DNA of 61,206 bases, filler included. It is 9 parts of 9 records of this genome, joined end to end, with 100 filler letters (N's around TTAATTAATTAA, not from the genome) between each part and the next. Parts side by side here need not be neighbours in the genome. Positions count along the whole stretch, not along the records: positions 54,548 to 61,206 come from SRR31147125_84969; 8 more parts are not named here. One strand, given 5' to 3'. A program made the position numbers and the translations under genes. Within the stretch, counting starts at the first letter, position 1; each line of letters starts with the position of its first letter. Shown here one piece after another: positions 58,387 to 61,206 of this stretch. Under the pieces are notes generated by a model. It did no database searches. It saw only the letters and a list, made by a program, of their open reading frames with translations, and had not been told where the DNA came from.

Positions 58387-61191
58387 TCATCCAGGTGGCA
58401 GCATCAGTTTATCCGGCATGGCGGCCCTGCTGAACTCCGTCATGGTGTAGTTGCCGGAAATATCGGTGGCCATCATGAGGTAATCATAGGGGAGATAAAT
58501 CCCTTCTTCATCTTCAAACAGAAGGAAGTCTGCGGTGAATTTGGGAGATTGGGCAACGGTGAGAAAATCACTCTCCGGATTCCAGATATCCAGCCCTTTT
58601 CGACTCAAATTAATCCCCAAGGCATAGAGGCGTACTCTATCGCCGGGCTTGATGGATCGGGTGGCTTTGTCGTACACCACGGTTCCGGCCTCATCTTCCG
58701 GGCCGTCATATAGAATGGTGTAGGGTCGGACCGCGTAGTCTACCACAGCACCTTGGGCGTTAATCGTTACCTCAAGGGTGGCATACTCAACCGAATTGCC
58801 ATCTTCGTCCATGGGGTATGTATCGCCACTGTAATCTTTGCCTGCTTCCTGGAAATCAATTTCACAGGCAAACACGGAGTGGACCTGACCTCGATGGAGA
58901 AATTTGGTCTGGAAATAGAGGGGCAGCCATGCCGCTTCCTGGGTCTCGTCAAACTGCATGAAATACCATACCTGATTCCACTGGGGCGTAAAATACTCTC
59001 CGGCTGTGGTGGTGGGATAGGCTTCAAGGGTGGCAGTTGAGAGTAGAAAATGGTCTTCAACTCCGTCTCCCCAGCCATCAAAGGTCATGGTATTTCCAAA
59101 AACAGTGGTCACACTGGTGAGGTTGGGGTCTTCGAATTTGGCCGATATCCCGGCCTGGGTGTTTTCGATCTCCGTGGTGGCGTCACTGGTACGGTTCTCT
59201 TTGGTGGTTGAATCAATTGCATTCGTTGCAATGAGATTTGCATGGAGGGTGTAGTTGAATGGAAAGTCGCTTGCCAAGAGGGCATGGGTTCGGGCTCTAC
59301 TCTCTTTTTTTGATCTTTGGAGCTCATCCTCTTCAAAATACCACAGTTCTTCGTCGTCTTCATACCAGGAGGTGCCGTTCCCTTCATCAAGCCAAGTGTA
59401 GTAGGCATCCCAATCGTCGTCTGTCATGCTGTCGATGTCAAATGGGTCGATGAAGGTTGCCGCCCACCACTCTTCAAGGGTGGCATCTTCTCCCCATTGT
59501 TCGGAATTCCAGGGTTCAAACTCCAGGTCGTATGCATCAGCATCGCTGTTCTCTTCCAGAATGGATGGGGCGCTCTCATCGGAAAGTCGGAATGACTGAT
59601 AGGCATCCTGAAAGTCGATCAATCCCGGAGTTCCATCCTCCCAAATTTCATTTTCAGGGGCAATCATGCTGACCCCGTATGAGTTCGGTTTTGTGCCGTC
59701 GTTTTTTGTGTGAATGACATATGCATCAACAGCAGCGATCAGGGCATCCAGTTTGGCCATAAGATCCGGGTCTTCGGTATTGGATTTTGCCAGACGGGCC
59801 ATATGGGAGATATCCACACTGGTTCGCTCATCGGCCCGCCCCTGTTTTCCGTACTCCTGGGAACGGGTGATACCGGCAATAACGGCATCGGCAGCAGCAC
59901 CGGAATTGAGAATTTCCGTAAATGCATTTGACACGGCATCAACCTTATCTTCAAGATCCGACAACCGGTCCAGATCCACCACAGAGAGGGTTTTTCCGGT
60001 ATCTTTATATTCATGAACATCTTGAACAAAGTTATTTACAATGGCTGTGGCGGCATCTTTTACACTGCTGTTCTCCATAACCGCTTTGACCACTGCCTCC
60101 CAGTTCCAACCATGACCGGGCTCGGTTTCCTCGGAAGCCAGAAGGTAGCGGGCGTGCTTTTGTACTTTCTGGGCCACTTCAATGGCGCCCATGAGGCATG
60201 CGTCAAATCCTATGAGATCAAATAGATCGGTTCCGGCAGCAGTAAAAGCGCTGTCGATTTCGTCCAGAGAGAGAGGATCGCCGTTGAAGTTGTCGTCATT
60301 TCCAAACCCATTGTATGAGCTGCCGTGATCCCACATCACCATAATCTGTTTCTCATGATCTCCATAGCCTTCACGGATGTAATTAAGAAAATGGGTCAGA
60401 GAACTCTCATCTCCCATATGGGCTCGATCTTCCCGGTAGGTGTAAAACCCGGAGGGTTCATTGCCGTAAGCGCCGTCTTCCCCGTCCTCAATGAGCTTTA
60501 AGATATCGAAAAACTTCATGCCGGCCCATCCATCTTTGGCAGCACCGCCAAAGGCAATGACAATATCCAGCTTGGACGGATCACTAAGGGACGCGTAGCC
60601 CCGAATCATCTCATTGAAGTCTGTGGTGGCGGCACCATAGTTGGACTCCAGGTCGCTTCCCACCACATAGACGGCAAGCAGGGTTTTGCCGGTTCCATCG
60701 TTCAGCTGGGGGGCAGTATAAGGGGAAAGCGTTCCATGGCTGTCTGAAAACCCATGTGAGTTTCCCTTACTGCCGTAAAGGCGATCATATGTGAAATAGA
60801 TGCCTTCGGGATCGGACGCTTTGGCTGTAAAATCTAAAAGAAAGGTAAACAGATTTTCTCCCACCTGAAGGGATGGGATGGTTAAGTTGAAATTACTGTT
60901 TAAAGAGGCGCAAACGTTATTGTTCCAGACATAGAGATCATTGGATTGAATTTGGGAGAGCTTCCACTCCAAAGGGTTGCTGTCAGGGACATATTCCAGA
61001 TCAACGGCAAATTGCTGACCATTTACTCCCATACAGGGGATATGAATTCCCATATTGTCGTCAAAAATAGGTTCTGGAAGTATTGTCGTTGTTGCTGATT
61101 CTGCATGGACATTTGCCATGGCAAGCACGGAGAAAAGAGATAAACAAATCATTGAGACAGAGCGTAACAGACTACGGGCGATAATTTTCAT
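58387..61191 (-). CDS. Secreted clostripain-family (C11) cysteine peptidase
   Basis: Signal peptide, YVVGSDLES, WDHGS (His), GFDACLMG (Cys), ASEETEPGHGW, TLSVVDL. Confidence 0.88.
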   Translation of the reverse strand: MKIIARSLLRSVSMICLSLFSVLAMANVHAESATTTILPEPIFDDNMGIHIPCMGVNGQQFAVDLEYVPDSNPLEWKLSQIQSNDLYVWNNNVCASLNSNFNLTIPSLQVGENLFTFLLDFTAKASDPEGIYFTYDRLYGSKGNSHGFSDSHGTLSPYTAPQLNDGTGKTLLAVYVVGSDLESNYGAATTDFNEMIRGYASLSDPSKLDIVIAFGGAAKDGWAGMKFFDILKLIEDGEDGAYGNEPSGFYTYREDRAHMGDESSLTHFLNYIREGYGDHEKQIMVMWDHGSSYNGFGNDDNFNGDPLSLDEIDSAFTAAGTDLFDLIGFDACLMGAIEVAQKVQKHARYLLASEETEPGHGWNWEAVVKAVMENSSVKDAATAIVNNFVQDVHEYKDTGKTLSVVDLDRLSDLEDKVDAVSNAFTEILNSGAAADAVIAGITRSQEYGKQGRADERTSVDISHMARLAKSNTEDPDLMAKLDALIAAVDAYVIHTKNDGTKPNSYGVSMIAPENEIWEDGTPGLIDFQDAYQSFRLSDESAPSILEENSDADAYDLEFEPWNSEQWGEDATLEEWWAATFIDPFDIDSMTDDDWDAYYTWLDEGNGTSWYEDDEELWYFEEDELQRSKKESRARTHALLASDFPFNYTLHANLIATNAIDSTTKENRTSDATTEIENTQAGISAKFEDPNLTSVTTVFGNTMTFDGWGDGVEDHFLLSTATLEAYPTTTAGEYFTPQWNQVWYFMQFDETQEAAWLPLYFQTKFLHRGQVHSVFACEIDFQEAGKDYSGDTYPMDEDGNSVEYATLEVTINAQGAVVDYAVRPYTILYDGPEDEAGTVVYDKATRSIKPGDRVRLYALGINLSRKGLDIWNPESDFLTVAQSPKFTADFLLFEDEEGIYLPYDYLMMATDISGNYTMTEFSRAAMPDKLMLPPG

Positions 61192-61206
61192 GCAGCAGAC
61201 TCCTTT

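Overview
This window is not one locus. It is nine unrelated contigs joined by eight artificial 100-nt spacers (N-run, TTAATTAATTAA, N-run), so gene neighbourhood only means something within a contig. Composition and gene content point to a mixed anaerobic community. Contig 1 (1-5742, AT-rich) has a citrate-lyase alpha / beta-decarboxylating dehydrogenase / HD-like / double LeuC-type aconitase-family operon. Contig 2 (5843-11120) has an acyl-CoA synthetase, a Trp-rich membrane protein and an atypical FeoB. Contig 3 (11221-20314) has quinohemoprotein amine dehydrogenase qhpA/qhpD, a sigma54 activator, an AT-rich ABC-type ATPase plus putative PD-(D/E)XK partner (candidate defence module) and a hybrid kinase. 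Contig 4 (20415-27153) has a corrinoid methyltransferase module with two non-pyrrolysine MttB paralogues. Contig 5 (27254-37765) has a very large autotransporter with a two-component system, and a dhaK-lsrF-DUF1097 operon. Contig 6 (37866-43180) has a phosphagen kinase, TetR and a moxR/bat operon. Contig 7 (43281-48461) has a DUF362 gene flanked by two MITE copies and a structured non-coding segment resembling an orphan IS110 bridge-RNA region. Contig 8 (48562-54447) has a tRNA fragment, a zinc-ribbon/DUF3426 protein, hpt, a DnaJ-class chaperone and mnmG. Contig 9 (54548-61206) has nested transposon remnants and a clostripain-family peptidase. At least eight genes are split by small indels, most likely sequencing errors. 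All family calls come from motif recognition by eye; no searches were run.
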